64,000 nt of DNA from an uncultured Alphaproteobacteria bacterium (GCA_963768205.1 CAVYHB010000003.1:55346-119345), one strand, 5' to 3'. Positions 34,775 to 45,412 are shown, counted from the first letter of the stretch. The notes: generated by a model not told the origin, from the sequence alone. A program made the numbers and translations.

Positions 34775-37420
34775 CTACTTCTCGGTCAGCTTCAACTCGA
34801 TCCGTCGGTTCTGTGCTCGGGCCTCTGCGGTGTCCGCCGCATTCAGCGGCTGGTATTCCCCGAACCCGGTCGCCGCCAGCCGATCCGGCGGAAAGTCGAG
34901 AACGTCGGTCATGTACCGCACCACCGACAGCGCCCGCCCCTGGCTAAGTTCCCAGTTGTCGGCGTATTTGCCGCCGCCCGAAATCGGCACGTTGTCGGTG
35001 TGTCCGTCGATACGAACCACCCAGTCGATCTCTGGCGGGATATCGCCCGCCACGTCGCGCAGTATCCCGGCGACGCGTGCGATCTGCGCCTCGCCCTCGG
35101 GCGACAACGTCACGTCGCCGATCTCGAACAGCACTTCCGATGAGAACACGAACCGGTCACCCTCGATCCGCACGCCCTCGCGGTCTTCCAGCAGCGCCCG
35201 CAGCCGCCCGAAGAATTCGGACCTGTAGGCCTCCAGCCGCTTGGTCTCTTCCTCCAACCGCTTGCGTTCGGCCTCCTCAAGCGCCGCCCTCGCCCGCTGC
35301 TCGGCGGCGACCTTGGCCAGTGCAATGTTCAACTGGCTGCCCAGCGTCTGAATCTCGACCTGCGCTGCTTCGTCCTGCTCGATTGCGGCGTCCAGCAACG
35401 CCTGAAGCGACCCCAGTTGCGCCCGCAATTGCGCCACTTGCTGATTAAGCAGTTCTTCCCGGCGCTGCGCCTCGTCCGATATCGCCTCCCGCTCGCTCAG
35501 CGCGGAATTGGCGGTGGCCAGCAGCACTTCCATCTCCTGCGCCCGGGTCAGCGCCGCATCGGTCGCCTGCTCGGCAGTCGTCTTGGCTGCCAGCGCCGAG
35601 GCCAGCCGCTGCCGCAGATCCGCCTCGTCACCGACCGACCCTTGCAATGCCTCGACCTCGGCCAGCGCCTGCGCCAGCGCCGCGTCGCGGTCGGCCAGAT
35701 TGCCCTCAAGCTCGGTTTTTGCCAGCAGCGCCTCGGCCAGCCGGTCGTCCAGATCGGCCCGCGCCGCCCGCGCCGCCGCCAGCAAGGTCAGCGTCTCCTC
35801 GGCCTCCTTGCGCTTGGCCTCAAGCGCCAGCGTCATCGCTGTCAGTTCGGTGTCCGCGGCCTTCAGCCGCTCCCGCAACGCCGCCGCCGCAGCCGCCTCG
35901 GCCAGGCGCGCCGCCTCCTCCTCGCTCAACCGCGCCTCGACCCCGGTAAGCCGTTCGCGCAACCGCTCGGCAGCCGCCGCCTCGGCCAACCGCCGCGCCT
36001 CCTCGTCGCTCAACTCGGTTTCCAACGCCGCCAGGCGCTCGCGCAATTGCTGCGCCGCCGCCTGCTCCAGCAGCCGCGCCGCCTCTTCGTCGGTCAGGTT
36101 CTGCTCAACCGTCGCCAGGCGCTCCTGCAACGCGGCCAGCGCAGCCTTCTCGGCAATCCGCGCCGCCTCGGTCTCGGTCATCGCCGCTTGCGTATCGGCC
36201 AGCCGCTTGCGCAACTCCTCTGCCGCGGCCAATTGCGCCAGCCGCTCGGCCTCGGTTTCGGTCAGCGTCGTGTCAAGGTCGGCCAGCCGCTGCTGCAACG
36301 TGGCCGCCGCCGCCTGCTCGGCCAGCCGCGCCTTTTCCTCTTCGCTCAAGCTCACTCGCACCGCCGCCAGTTCCGCCTGCAACGCCGCCATTGCCGCCGC
36401 CGACCCCTCGCCCGTGGCCGTCGCTTCGGCCAGCGCCGCCTCCAGCCGTTCCAGCCGCGAGGCCAGGCTTCGCTGTTCGATCGACCCGGCCAGCACCGCG
36501 GCCTCCGAGGCGCCAAGCGCGGTTTCCGTCTCCGCCAGCCGGTCGCGCAATTCGCCCAGCAGCGACAAAGCATCGGCGCGCGCGCCCTGCTCCTCGGCCA
36601 GGCTCGCCTGCAACGCCAGAATCTGCGATTGGAATTCCTCACCGCGCGTCACCGCCACGGCCCGGGCCGAACTTTCCTGGCCCAGCGCCGCCGTCAGTTG
36701 CGCCAGCCGCGTGTTCAACTCCGCATTCTCGCCCTGCGACCCCTCCAATTGCGCCAAGGCATCGGCCAGAGAGGCCTCGCGCGTCGCCACGTCGCGGCGC
36801 AGGTCAGCCACCAGCGCCTCCAGCGCCTCGCGCCGCGCCGCGGCCAGCCGCGCCGCTTCGGCCTGCGCGTCGATCTCGTCCCGCGACGCGGCCAGCGCCA
36901 GTTGCAGCGCCTCCTGCTCGGAGATCAGCCTCGCATTCTCGCCCGCTGCCGCCTCCAGGTCGGCGGTCAGCGCGACGCCCTCGGCCCGCGCCGCGTCACG
37001 TTCGGACAACAGTGAAGCGACCTGCGCCTCGAAGCTGGTGATCCGCGCCGACTGCGCCGCGATCTCGGCAGCCTGTTCGGCGGTGCGCGGTCTGCAGCGC
37101 CGCGATCAGTGCGGCCTGCGCCGTCTTGCGTCGTCGCGCGCATCGGCCAGCGTGGCGGTCAGGCCCGAATCTCTTCTTCGAGATTAAAGGCGCGTTGCTG
37201 TTCCAGCCCCAGCGCCTGCGGCCAGCGCGTTGACCTCGGCGGTCAGCGTCGTCGAGCTCGGTTTCCTGCCCCGAGATCGTTTCGCGCAGCACGAACTGCA
37301 CGACCATGAAGATCGTCAGCACGAACATCAGCACCAGCAAGCAGCGCCGGTCATCGCATCGACGAAACCGGGCCAGATGCTGCCCGACACGCGCTGCACC
37401 GATCTGCGGGTCAGCGCCAT
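34775..37420 (-). pseudogene. MotB-like protein of about 880 aa: N-terminal plug/TM, a roughly 550-aa coiled coil and a C-terminal OmpA-type peptidoglycan-binding domain. The first ~410 nt carry about 7 indels; the remainder (34775..37009) is intact.
   Basis: ATG 37420 follows GGAAGGG. The N-terminus reads MALTRRSVQRVSGSIWPGFVDAMT + LLVLMFVLTIFMVVQFVL; compare the E. coli MotB YADFMTAMMAFFLVMWL with its essential Asp. The C-terminus reads FSSEVLFEIGDVTLSPEG...RIDGHTDNVPI...NWELSQGRALSVVRY...ATGFGEYQP...NRRIELKL, a canonical OmpA_C domain. Confidence 0.8.
35846..36349 (-). repeat. Six tandem 84-bp (28-aa, four-heptad) coding repeats inside the coiled coil.
   Basis: Residues 221-388 of ORF 34775..37009 form the units L(S/T)(E/D)(E/T)EAxRLAExAAAxxLRERLAxxxxx. 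Examples are LSEEEKARLAEQAAAATLQQRLADLDTT and LSDEEARRLAEAAAAERLRERLTGVEAR. Confidence 0.85.
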
Positions 37421-37464
37421 GGCCTAGCCCTTCCGGCGGCGCCCGCGGGCGCCGTCGTCGCGCG

Positions 37465-38627
37465 TCATGCATCGCGCACCGCCTTGGTCAGCGCGGCAAG
37501 GTCGACGCGCAGGTCGGTCGTGGTTTCCTGCCGCCCGGCCGACATCTCTTCGAGGATGCGCAGCAGCTGCACGTCGATCGACCGCAGCCGCATCCGGCTT
37601 TCGGCGTCGACTGCCCTCGCCGTCGCCCTGCGCGTCTCCAGCACCTCGAACAGCTGTGCCTGCCCGTCGGCGATCCGGTCCAGCGCACTCGGCCGCCGGC
37701 GTCGTCGCCGGTCCATCCGCTCGGTCATCCGCTCGATCGCATCGGCCAGCTTGCCCAGCCGTTCGTCGACCATCGCGCGGCTGACGTCGGACTGCGTGAA
37801 GATCGTCTGCAGCGATTCCATCTGCTCGGCCATGTGGTCCAGCACCGCGACCACGGCGCCCTGGTCCGCCGCCGCCCTCGCCGTCGCCGGTGGAAAAGCC
37901 CAGCCGGGTGATCGTCGACAGCCATTCCTCCAGCTCGCGGTAGAACCGGTTCTGCCCGTGGCCGGCAAACAGCTCCAGCAGGCCCACGACCAGCGATCCC
38001 GCCAGCCCCAGCAGCGACGAGGAAAACGCAACGCCCATGCCGCCCAGCTGCGCCTCGAGCCCGGTCATCAGCCGCTGGAAGACGGCCATGCCGCCCTCGC
38101 CCTCGTGCGGCGCCAGCGACTGGATGGTCTCGACCACCGCCGGAACCGTTGTCGCCAGGCCATAGAACGTGCCCAGAAGGCCAAGGAAGATCAGCAGGTT
38201 GACGATGTAGCGCGTGATGTCGCGCAGCTTCGTCGATCCGGGTCGCGACCGAATCCAGGATCGACCGGGCCGAGCTCGCGCTGATCTGCATCCGCGCCCC
38301 GCGCGTGCGCAGCAGCGCCGCCAGCGGCGCCAGCAGCCGCGGCGTTCCGATACTCCTCGCGCGCGCGGCTGTCCGCGGCAAAGCCGACGATCCAGTTGCA
38401 CCGAGGTGACCAGCTGCAACACCTGCCAGAAACAGGCCAGCACGCCGATCAGGAAGACAAGAACGATGAAGCCGTTCAGCCAGAGGTTGGCCAGGAACAC
38501 CGGCAGGACCGCCGGCAGCGCCAGCACAGCCGCCCACGGCCACCAGCACCAGCACGACCAGCATCAGGAGAATCTGACGCACCGGCTGAGAAAAGTACGG
38601 CTCGACCTCGCGATCCGGCTGGTCCAT
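37465..38627 (-). pseudogene. MotA/TolQ/ExbB-type proton-channel protein with a C-terminal helical extension of about 150 aa; about 4 frameshifts.
   Basis: The N-terminus is MDQPDREVEPYFSQPVRQILLMLVVLVLVA. The channel core reads ITRYIVNLLIFLGLLGTFYGL...GVAFSSSLLGLAGSLVVGLLELF. The tail reads VLDHMAEQMESLQTIF...RLRSIDVQLLRILEEMSAGRQETTTDLRVDLAALTKAVRDA. The pieces lie in ORFs 37725..39233, 37424..38527 and 37465..38031. The stop lies 44 nt before the MotB-like start. Confidence 0.75.
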
Positions 38628-38644
38628 CTGGACGTGTCCTGACC

Positions 38645-39247
38645 TTATTTTGCTGTGCGCAAGATAGGTGGAACGCCGACGTGCCAACACCCGTTCTGTG
38701 TTGCACCTATATTGCGCAGAACTTGCACCCTTTTTGCCAGCCAGCTGCAGATCGGCATCCTCAATGCCCAGCTCGGCCAGGTGGGATCGGCGGTGTTGTA
38801 CAGGTATTCGGTGTTCGGCCCGCGCCCGCCGACGGCACCGGCGATGATGCCGGCCTGTTCCTCCAGCGGCAGGCCGCCGCAGTACTGCACGTGATCGGTG
38901 TCGACCACGTAGGTCACCGCCTCGACGCGGCGTCCGTCGTGCAGGTCGATATGCAGCGCCTTCTCCAGATAGGCCGACGAGATCAGCTCGCGTTCGCGCA
39001 GGTAGTCCAGCGTCGCTGGCGCGGTCTCGGACGGCACGCAGAACGCCAGCCCGTGACAGCAGGCTCCGGCATGCTCGTCCAGCGCCAGCACCAGTCCCGG
39101 CGCCTGCGGCGTGCCGCGATGGTGGATCGAGCGCATGCAGAACGTCCGCGCATAACCCGGCAACGTCGCCAGCACCCGTTCGGTGAAGGCAAAGCCCGGG
39201 TTCCACATCAGCGAGCCGTAGCCGAACACCCAAAGCGGTTGATCCAT
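38645..39247 (-). pseudogene. chaC: ChaC-family gamma-glutamylcyclotransferase; paired frameshifts near 38785 and 38745.
   Basis: From ATG 39247 the protein carries LWVFGYGSLMWNPGF, LVLALD and RERELISSAY. The segment HLAELGIEDADLQ lies in another frame. Confidence 0.85.
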
Positions 39248-39313
39248 GTGAACTGGTCCTTTCCTCTGCCGCTCTATAATCACAGCAGGTACGGGGGCGT
39301 CAAAGGGGGGCAG

Positions 39314-40223
39314 ATGCGGGCATTGGTGATCGTGATCGGCCTCGCGGCGCTGCTGTGGTCGGGTTACTGGCTGATCGGCGCGAGCCGGGCGACGAAAGGC
39401 ACGCGCGACTGGCTCGATGCACGCTCTGTCGATGGCTGGATGGCCGGGGCGGCCGACATACGCACCCGCGGTTTTCCCAACCGCTTCGACACCACTCTGA
39501 CCGAACCGCGCCTCGCGCTGCCCTCGGGACAGGCCGTCTGGTCGGCGCCGTTCCTGCAGATCCTGACGGCTCAGCTACAAGCCCGAACATGCGATCCTGA
39601 TATATCCAGAAAGCCAACAATTTTCGGTCGCCGGGGTGTCGTTCGATGTCCGGGACGCAAAAATGCAGGCCAGTGCAATCCTTGACGGGAGCGCGCTCGA
39701 CCGCGCCAACCTTGCCGCCGAGGACCTGTCGCTTGTCTGGAACGCCCGCACCCTGACGGCGGGCAGCGCGCTGGCCGCGATCCGGGGCACGGCGGCGCGC
39801 AGTCTGAGCTATGATCTGGGCATCGTTCTCGAAGCGGTCACTATCAACGGACCGCAGGGAATTGTCTTGGTCGACAGGATCGCGCTTGAAAGCGCCATGC
39901 AACTCAGCGCCCCGCTCGACCTGTCTGCCCCGGACGCCCCCGCCGTGCTGCAATGGACAATCGACCGCCTTCAGGTCGTGGCCGAAGGCGACACGGCCCG
40001 CCTGTCGGGAGAAGTGTCGTTCAAGCCATCGGGTCCCGCCGGCACGCTGATCGTCGCGGACGGCGGACGCGACGCGGTTTTGCGTCTGGGCGTGAGGCTC
40101 GGGCTGTTGACGGAAGAAGAACTGAACCGCCTGGGCCGCGACCCCGGCCTGGATCTGACGTTCGCCATTCGGCCCGGATCGCTCCGCCTGCTAAATGGCG
40201 GATCGCCCCGAACGCTCGATTAA
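39314..40223 (+). pseudogene. DUF2125-like membrane-anchored protein; one frameshift near 39575.
   Basis: The N-terminal anchor is MRALVIVIGLAALLWSGYWLIGA. The protein continues as KPEHAILIYPESQQFSVAGVSFDVRDAKMQAS in the frame of ORF 39636..40223. The family assignment is from memory. Confidence 0.5.
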
Positions 40224-40283
40224 CTATCTGTTAAAAAGAGGAAAATATTTCGCGCGCGAAACATTCTGCGGTGCAGCGAAGGG

Positions 40284-41258
40284 TCAGCGGCAATAGGCTC
40301 CACCGCCCCGGTGCTGGGCCACGTCCAGGTGGATGTGGTCCTGATGATACCGGTCGGCGTTCGGCCCCAGCACCGTCTTGAACGGCCCGCATGCGTTGCG
40401 GTGCACCGCTTTCAGGATCTTGCCCTGCACCTTGTCGCCCCAGCCCTTCAGCACCGTCAGCGCGACGCCATTCTTCAGGACGATGGCCGAGATGTCGATG
40501 GCGTTGCCCTTGCCATGCTCGCTGACCCGCGCGCCGCGCACGTTGTTGCGGGTCCGGCAGGAATAATGCGCCGCCACCTTCAGCGAAGCAACGCCGCCGC
40601 CCAACCGACCCACCGCGGGCTTCACCGTCCCCGTCACCCACCGTTTCAAAGCCGTGGCCGAGCGGCAGTTCAGCGTTGCGGGCGTGCTTAGCGTGACGCC
40701 GTCGACCGAGGTGATGCGGACCGGGTTCGCCACGCCGCAGCCCGCCAGTCGCCCGGCGATCGGCGACAGCGCCTGCCCCTTGATCGCGTTGTCACCACAG
40801 ACCGCCCCCTTCGGCCCGGCCACCACCGGTGCCGATGGCTGCGAGCGGACCCCGGCGGCGCGGACCATGAATTGGCGCTTCAGGTTATCGGGGCGGATGT
40901 CGGGGCGCGGCGACACGCGCACCGCGTTGCCCGCCGAGGCCAGCACCACGCGGGCCGGTTTCGCGGCGACCACCGGCAGATGCGGCGGTTCGGTGACCGG
41001 CGCCGAATTCGGGCGCGGCACCGGGAGCGGCGACCGGGCCAGACCCGGCCCGACCGGCGGCAGCGTCGCCAGGGCCAGCACCACCGCCCGGGTGGTTTCG
41101 GGGCTCCGCGTGTTGTCGCCGGTCCGGGTCGCATCGAGGGCCTGGACCATGCCGGGCCGCATCTCGGGGCGGATCGAGCCGGCCGGTGCCTCGGCCAAGA
41201 CCGGACCCGCGATGGTCCCGGCAACCGTGAACATCAGACCTGCCACCCAGCGCTTCAT
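40284..41258 (-). CDS. Extensin-like C-terminal domain family protein (periplasmic).
   Basis: The ORF has a signal peptide and a Pro-rich linker. The C-terminal domain reads CRSATALKRW...YSCRTRNNVRGARVSEHGKGNAIDISAI...ACGPFKTVLGPNADRYHQDHIHLDV. Confidence 0.85.
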   Translation of the reverse strand: MKRWVAGLMFTVAGTIAGPVLAEAPAGSIRPEMRPGMVQALDATRTGDNTRSPETTRAVVLALATLPPVGPGLARSPLPVPRPNSAPVTEPPHLPVVAAKPARVVLASAGNAVRVSPRPDIRPDNLKRQFMVRAAGVRSQPSAPVVAGPKGAVCGDNAIKGQALSPIAGRLAGCGVANPVRITSVDGVTLSTPATLNCRSATALKRWVTGTVKPAVGRLGGGVASLKVAAHYSCRTRNNVRGARVSEHGKGNAIDISAIVLKNGVALTVLKGWGDKVQGKILKAVHRNACGPFKTVLGPNADRYHQDHIHLDVAQHRGGGAYCR

Positions 41259-42175
41259 TCCTTGGCCACTCCTCGTCCGAAATCCGGGGCGTCGGTATCC
41301 TGGCCCGCCTGGATAATGCCCCGCCTTATTGCACGGGTGCGGGTAAAATAAGCATGAAGATGGTCGCCGTCACCCTTGCGGATCGCCCGTTGCAGGGCAA
41401 AGAGTTCCTCGGTGAACCGCCCGAGGATTTCCAGCGTCGCCTCCTTGTTGGTCAGGAACACGTCGCGCCACATGGTCGGATCGCTGGCCGCAATGCGGGT
41501 GAAGTCGCGGAACCCGGCGGCGGAATACTTGATGACCTCGCTGTCGGTTACGCGCCGCAGGTCGTCGGCGACCCCGACCATGGTGAACGCGATCAGGTGC
41601 GGCGCGTGGCTGGTCACCGCCAGCACCAGATCGTGGTGATCGGCGTCCATCGTTTCGACATAGGCACCCAGCGCGTACCAGTAGTCGGTCAGCCGCTGCA
41701 GCGCCGCCGGATCGGTCGCCTCATCGGGGATCAGCAGGGTCCAGCGATTGCGGAACAGCTCGGCAAAGCCAGAGCGCGGCCCGGAATGCTCGGTCCCCGC
41801 CAGCGGATGGCCGGGGATGAAATGCACGCTTTTCGGGATATGCGGCGCGACCTCGGCCACCACATGGCGCTTGACAGAGCCGACATCGGTTACCGTCGCA
41901 CCTTGTTTCAGATGCGGGCCGATTTCCTTGGCAAGCGCACTCATCACCCCCACCGGCACCGCCAGCACCACCAGATCGGCATCCTTCACCGCCTCGGCGG
42001 CGGTCTCGGTCACCCGGTCGCAGAACCCCATCTCGACCACCGTGGCGCGGGTCTCGGCGGATCGCGCGGTGCCGACGATCTCGCGCGCCAGCCCGTCGCG
42101 GCGCATCGCGTGCGCCATGGACGAAGCGATCAGCCCCAGCCCGATCAGGGCCACGCGGTCGTAGATCACGCTCAT
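41255..42175 (-). CDS. tyrC: Prephenate/arogenate dehydrogenase.
   Basis: From ATG 42175, which overlaps the hisC stop, the protein carries [14 protein letters not shown] (Rossmann fold), [20 protein letters not shown] and SHAPHL. Confidence 0.9.
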   Translation of the reverse strand: MSVIYDRVALIGLGLIASSMAHAMRRDGLAREIVGTARSAETRATVVEMGFCDRVTETAAEAVKDADLVVLAVPVGVMSALAKEIGPHLKQGATVTDVGSVKRHVVAEVAPHIPKSVHFIPGHPLAGTEHSGPRSGFAELFRNRWTLLIPDEATDPAALQRLTDYWYALGAYVETMDADHHDLVLAVTSHAPHLIAFTMVGVADDLRRVTDSEVIKYSAAGFRDFTRIAASDPTMWRDVFLTNKEATLEILGRFTEELFALQRAIRKGDGDHLHAYFTRTRAIRRGIIQAGQDTDAPDFGRGVAKE

Positions 42176-43260
42176 GTCCGCGCGTCCTTGAACCCGGCAA
42201 TCGCGTGTACGGTGCGGCGGCACGAGGCCTCGTCGCCGACGGTGATCCGCAGGCAATGCGGCAGCTTGTAGCCCGCGACCCGGCGCACCAGGATCCCGGC
42301 CTCCTTGAGATGCACGTCGCAGGCGTCGGCCTCGTCGGCATCGTGAAACCGGGCGAGGATGAAGTTGGCGCAACTGGTGTCCGACGGCACCCCAAGACCG
42401 GCCAGCGCCTCGGCCATCCAGGCCCGCATCCGCTGGTTCTCGGCCAGGCAATGCCTGGCATAATCGCGATCCCGCACCGCGGCCTCGGCGGCTTCAAGCT
42501 GGGCGACGCCCAGGTTGAACGGCCCGCGGATGCGGTTCAGCGTGTCGATGATCTGACCCGGGCCATAGCCCCAGCCGATGCGTAGGCCGCCCAGGCCGTA
42601 GAGCTTCGAGAAGGTGCGCGTCATGAGCACGTTGTCGCGGCCGTCGATCAGCGACACGCCGCCGTCGTAGCCCTCGACATATTCCGCATAGGCCCCGTCC
42701 AGCACCAGCAGGGCGCGCGGCGGCAGGCCCTCGGCCAGCCGCGCCAGTTCGTTGCCGCCGATCATTGTGCCGGTCGGGTTGTTGGGATTGGCGATGAAGA
42801 CCAGCCGCGTCCTGTCGGTACAGGCATCCAGCAGGTGACCCACGTCGGTGACGCGGTCGGTCTCTTTCGCCTCGACCGGCGTGGCCCCGGCGGCCAGTGC
42901 CGAGATCCGGTACATGGCAAACCCGTGCTCGGTATGCAGCACCTCGTCGCCCGGTCCGGCATAGGCCTGGCACAGGAAATGGATGATCTCGTCCGAGCCG
43001 GTGCCGCAGATGATCCGGTCGGGATCGAGGCCATGCACCTCGCCGATGGCGCGGCGCAGCGAGGCATGGTCGGTCGGCGGATAGCGGTGCAACCGGCGCG
43101 ACGCCCGGGCGAAGGCCTCGATCGCCTTGGGGCTGGGGCCGAACGGGTTTTCGTTCGACGACAGCTTGACCACCTCGTCGCGGCCCTCCAGCGTCGACTG
43201 CCCGCCCTGGTACAGGTCGATCTCCATGATGCCGGGTTGCGGCTGGATGGTCTGGGACAT
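42172..43260 (-). CDS. hisC: Histidinol-phosphate aminotransferase.
   Basis: Intact 362-aa ORF carrying [27 protein letters not shown] and [16 protein letters not shown]. Confidence 0.95.
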   Translation of the reverse strand: MSQTIQPQPGIMEIDLYQGGQSTLEGRDEVVKLSSNENPFGPSPKAIEAFARASRRLHRYPPTDHASLRRAIGEVHGLDPDRIICGTGSDEIIHFLCQAYAGPGDEVLHTEHGFAMYRISALAAGATPVEAKETDRVTDVGHLLDACTDRTRLVFIANPNNPTGTMIGGNELARLAEGLPPRALLVLDGAYAEYVEGYDGGVSLIDGRDNVLMTRTFSKLYGLGGLRIGWGYGPGQIIDTLNRIRGPFNLGVAQLEAAEAAVRDRDYARHCLAENQRMRAWMAEALAGLGVPSDTSCANFILARFHDADEADACDVHLKEAGILVRRVAGYKLPHCLRITVGDEASCRRTVHAIAGFKDART

Positions 43261-43354
43261 GCGGCGGGCCTTCTCGGTTCCGCGTTCTAATAGCGGGGAC
43301 GGTCCGTCCTGACCAGAGGCCAGTCACCGCCGCCAGCCTATGTGGCTGCGCGGA

Positions 43355-44776
43355 TCAACTGGCCAGCACGTTGCGGAACTGCCAGGGATCGGTTTCATCG
43401 ATATCCTCGGGGAACTGGTCCCAGCGGTCGGTCAGCGGCGTCCAGTCGGTATAGTGCGCCTCGACCGGACCAAGGTAGGGGCGCTGCACTTCCAGGCACC
43501 TTGCGTGATCCATCTCGTCGGTTTCGACAATCCCGGCCTTCGGGTTCTCCAGCGCCCAGACCATGCCCGCCAGCACCGCAGAACTGACCTGCAAGCCGGT
43601 TGCGTTCTGGAACGGCGCCAGGTCGCGGGTCTCTTCCATCGACAGGCGCGAGCCGTACCAGAGCGCATTTTTTTCATGGCCGTAAAGCAGCACGCCCAAC
43701 TCGTCGATGCCCTCGACGATTTCGTTCTCGTCAAGGATATGGTGTTTCGCCTGCGCCCGTCCCGCACCGAAACATTCGTGCAAGCTGAGCACCGCGTCGT
43801 CGCTGGGGTGATAGGCGTAGTGGCAGGTCGGGCGGTAGTCCGGGTTCGCGCCGGAGCCGACGGTGTAGTAATCGGAAATCGAGATCGCCTCGTTATGCGT
43901 CACCAGAAACCCGAATTGCGGCCCCGGCGTCGGGCACCATGTGTGCACGCGGGTGATGGCACCGGGGCGTTCGAACCAGATGCCGGCCTGGCAGCCGGTT
44001 TCGTAGCTGTGCGACGTCTCGGGCATCCATGTCTCATGCGTCCCCCAGCCAAGCTCGGCGGGCTGGAAGCCCTCCGAGATGAACCCTTCGACCGACCAGG
44101 TGTTCACGAACACGCCGCGCGGCTTCGGCTGGCGGCGGGCCTGAGTGTCACGCTCTGCGATATGGACGCCCTTGACGCCGAGGGACTGCATCAGCTTTGC
44201 CCATCCCTCGCGATCGACTGGGACGGTTGCGTCGCGCCCGGTATCGCGGGCCAGCGACAGCATCGCCTCCTTGACGAACCAGGACACCATGCCGGGGTTG
44301 GCGCCACAGCAACTGACCGCCGTGCTGCCGCCCGGGTTGGCTGCCTTTTCGTCGCGCACTTTCTGGCGCAGGGCATAATTGGTGCGGTCGGCATTGTCGG
44401 GGGTCTCGAAATAGAACCCGGCCCAGGGTTCGACAACGGTGTCGATATAAGGCACCTCCATTTCGCGGCAGAACGTCATCAGGTCGAGCGACGAAGTGTC
44501 GACGGAAAGGTTCACGCAAAAGCCGCGGCCCCGCTCGAAAACCCCGCCCAGCACCTCGCGGTAATTGTCCTTGGTGATCGCCGTTTCCAGATGCCGGATG
44601 CCGCGCTGTGCAAGGAAGTTGTGCGCCGAATGCTGCGGCTCGATCACCACCATCTTTTTTGCATCATATTCGAAATGCCGTTCGATCAGCGGCAGCGTGC
44701 CACGCCCGATCGACCCGAAGCCGATCATCACGATGGGGCCGTCGATGTGGGCGTAGACGGGGTAATCGGTGGTCAT
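43355..44776 (-). CDS. hss: Homospermidine synthase (bacterial, saccharopine-dehydrogenase-like).
   Basis: Intact 473-aa ORF carrying IVMIGFGSIGRGTLPLIERHF, CCGANPGMVSWFVKEA and GTHETWMP. Confidence 0.9.
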   Translation of the reverse strand: MTTDYPVYAHIDGPIVMIGFGSIGRGTLPLIERHFEYDAKKMVVIEPQHSAHNFLAQRGIRHLETAITKDNYREVLGGVFERGRGFCVNLSVDTSSLDLMTFCREMEVPYIDTVVEPWAGFYFETPDNADRTNYALRQKVRDEKAANPGGSTAVSCCGANPGMVSWFVKEAMLSLARDTGRDATVPVDREGWAKLMQSLGVKGVHIAERDTQARRQPKPRGVFVNTWSVEGFISEGFQPAELGWGTHETWMPETSHSYETGCQAGIWFERPGAITRVHTWCPTPGPQFGFLVTHNEAISISDYYTVGSGANPDYRPTCHYAYHPSDDAVLSLHECFGAGRAQAKHHILDENEIVEGIDELGVLLYGHEKNALWYGSRLSMEETRDLAPFQNATGLQVSSAVLAGMVWALENPKAGIVETDEMDHARCLEVQRPYLGPVEAHYTDWTPLTDRWDQFPEDIDETDPWQFRNVLAS

Positions 44777-44892
44777 CGGTGTCGCTCCGGGGTTGCGGTG
44801 GCCTGCATCTTCGGCCCAGATGGGCAGGATCGGCGCGCTTCTAATCGGAGAGCCGCGCGGCGACCACCCGAAAACGCCACGCTGGGAGGCGA

Positions 44893-45366
44893 TTGATGCC
44901 GGAGCTGCAAGAGGTCGCCTACGAAAACCTGTCCGCGATCCTCGCGCTGAAGGTAAAGGACAGCCAGCAAGGCCTCGTCGCCTCTGCCGAGCGCACCGTG
45001 GCCCAGACCGCCTATGCCCCCTTCACCTGGACGCGCGGGATATTCGAGGGCGGCAAGGCCGTGGGCCTGATCGCCCTGGTCGACATGCGGCCCGACCACC
45101 CCGAGGTCGAGCCGGAGGATCCCGAGGACGCCGTCTTTCTGTGGCGGCTGATGATCGACGCTGCCGCACAGGGCAAGAGCTACGGGCGGTTCGCGATGCA
45201 GGCGGCCTTCGCCCAAGCCCGCGCCTGGGGCCGCGGCACCTTCTGCACAAGCGTCGTGCCACGCGACGACTCGGCGCTCGGGTTCTACGAACGGTTCGGC
45301 CTGCGCCCCACCGGGCGCATCATCGACGGCGAACTGTTCCTGCAAGGCCCCGTCCCGGCGGACTAA
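44893..45366 (+). CDS. GNAT-family N-acetyltransferase (possibly polyamine-directed).
   Basis: 157-aa ORF carrying LWRLMIDAAAQGKSYGRFAMQAAF...GFYERFGL, the acetyl-CoA binding motif A pattern. It is divergent from hss. Confidence 0.7.
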   Translation: MMPELQEVAYENLSAILALKVKDSQQGLVASAERTVAQTAYAPFTWTRGIFEGGKAVGLIALVDMRPDHPEVEPEDPEDAVFLWRLMIDAAAQGKSYGRFAMQAAFAQARAWGRGTFCTSVVPRDDSALGFYERFGLRPTGRIIDGELFLQGPVPAD

Positions 45367-45397
45367 TCCGGCCCTGCCCTTGCCGTTCCCGCCATGA

Positions 45398-45412
45398 GAA
45401 CATATGATGAAC
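45398..45412 (+). promoter_or_regulatory. Alphaproteobacterial-type SOS (LexA) box.
   Basis: GAACatatgatGAAC is an exact GAAC-N7-GAAC direct repeat. It overlaps the first ATGs of the radical SAM ORF. Confidence 0.65.

Noticed and set aside
35846-36349. The periodic 84-bp repeats were a possible CRISPR array or non-coding satellite.
   Set aside because: The repeats are contiguous with no spacers and lie in frame inside a long ORF. They translate to a regular heptad-based protein repeat.
34775-38627. I considered calling the MotA/MotB-like pair a Zorya (ZorAB) anti-phage system.
   Set aside because: No ZorC/ZorD-like or other effector genes are adjacent. The long coiled coil is on the B-like rather than the A-like subunit. 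The flanks are housekeeping genes (clpA, chaC). The resemblance is limited to the shared stator fold.
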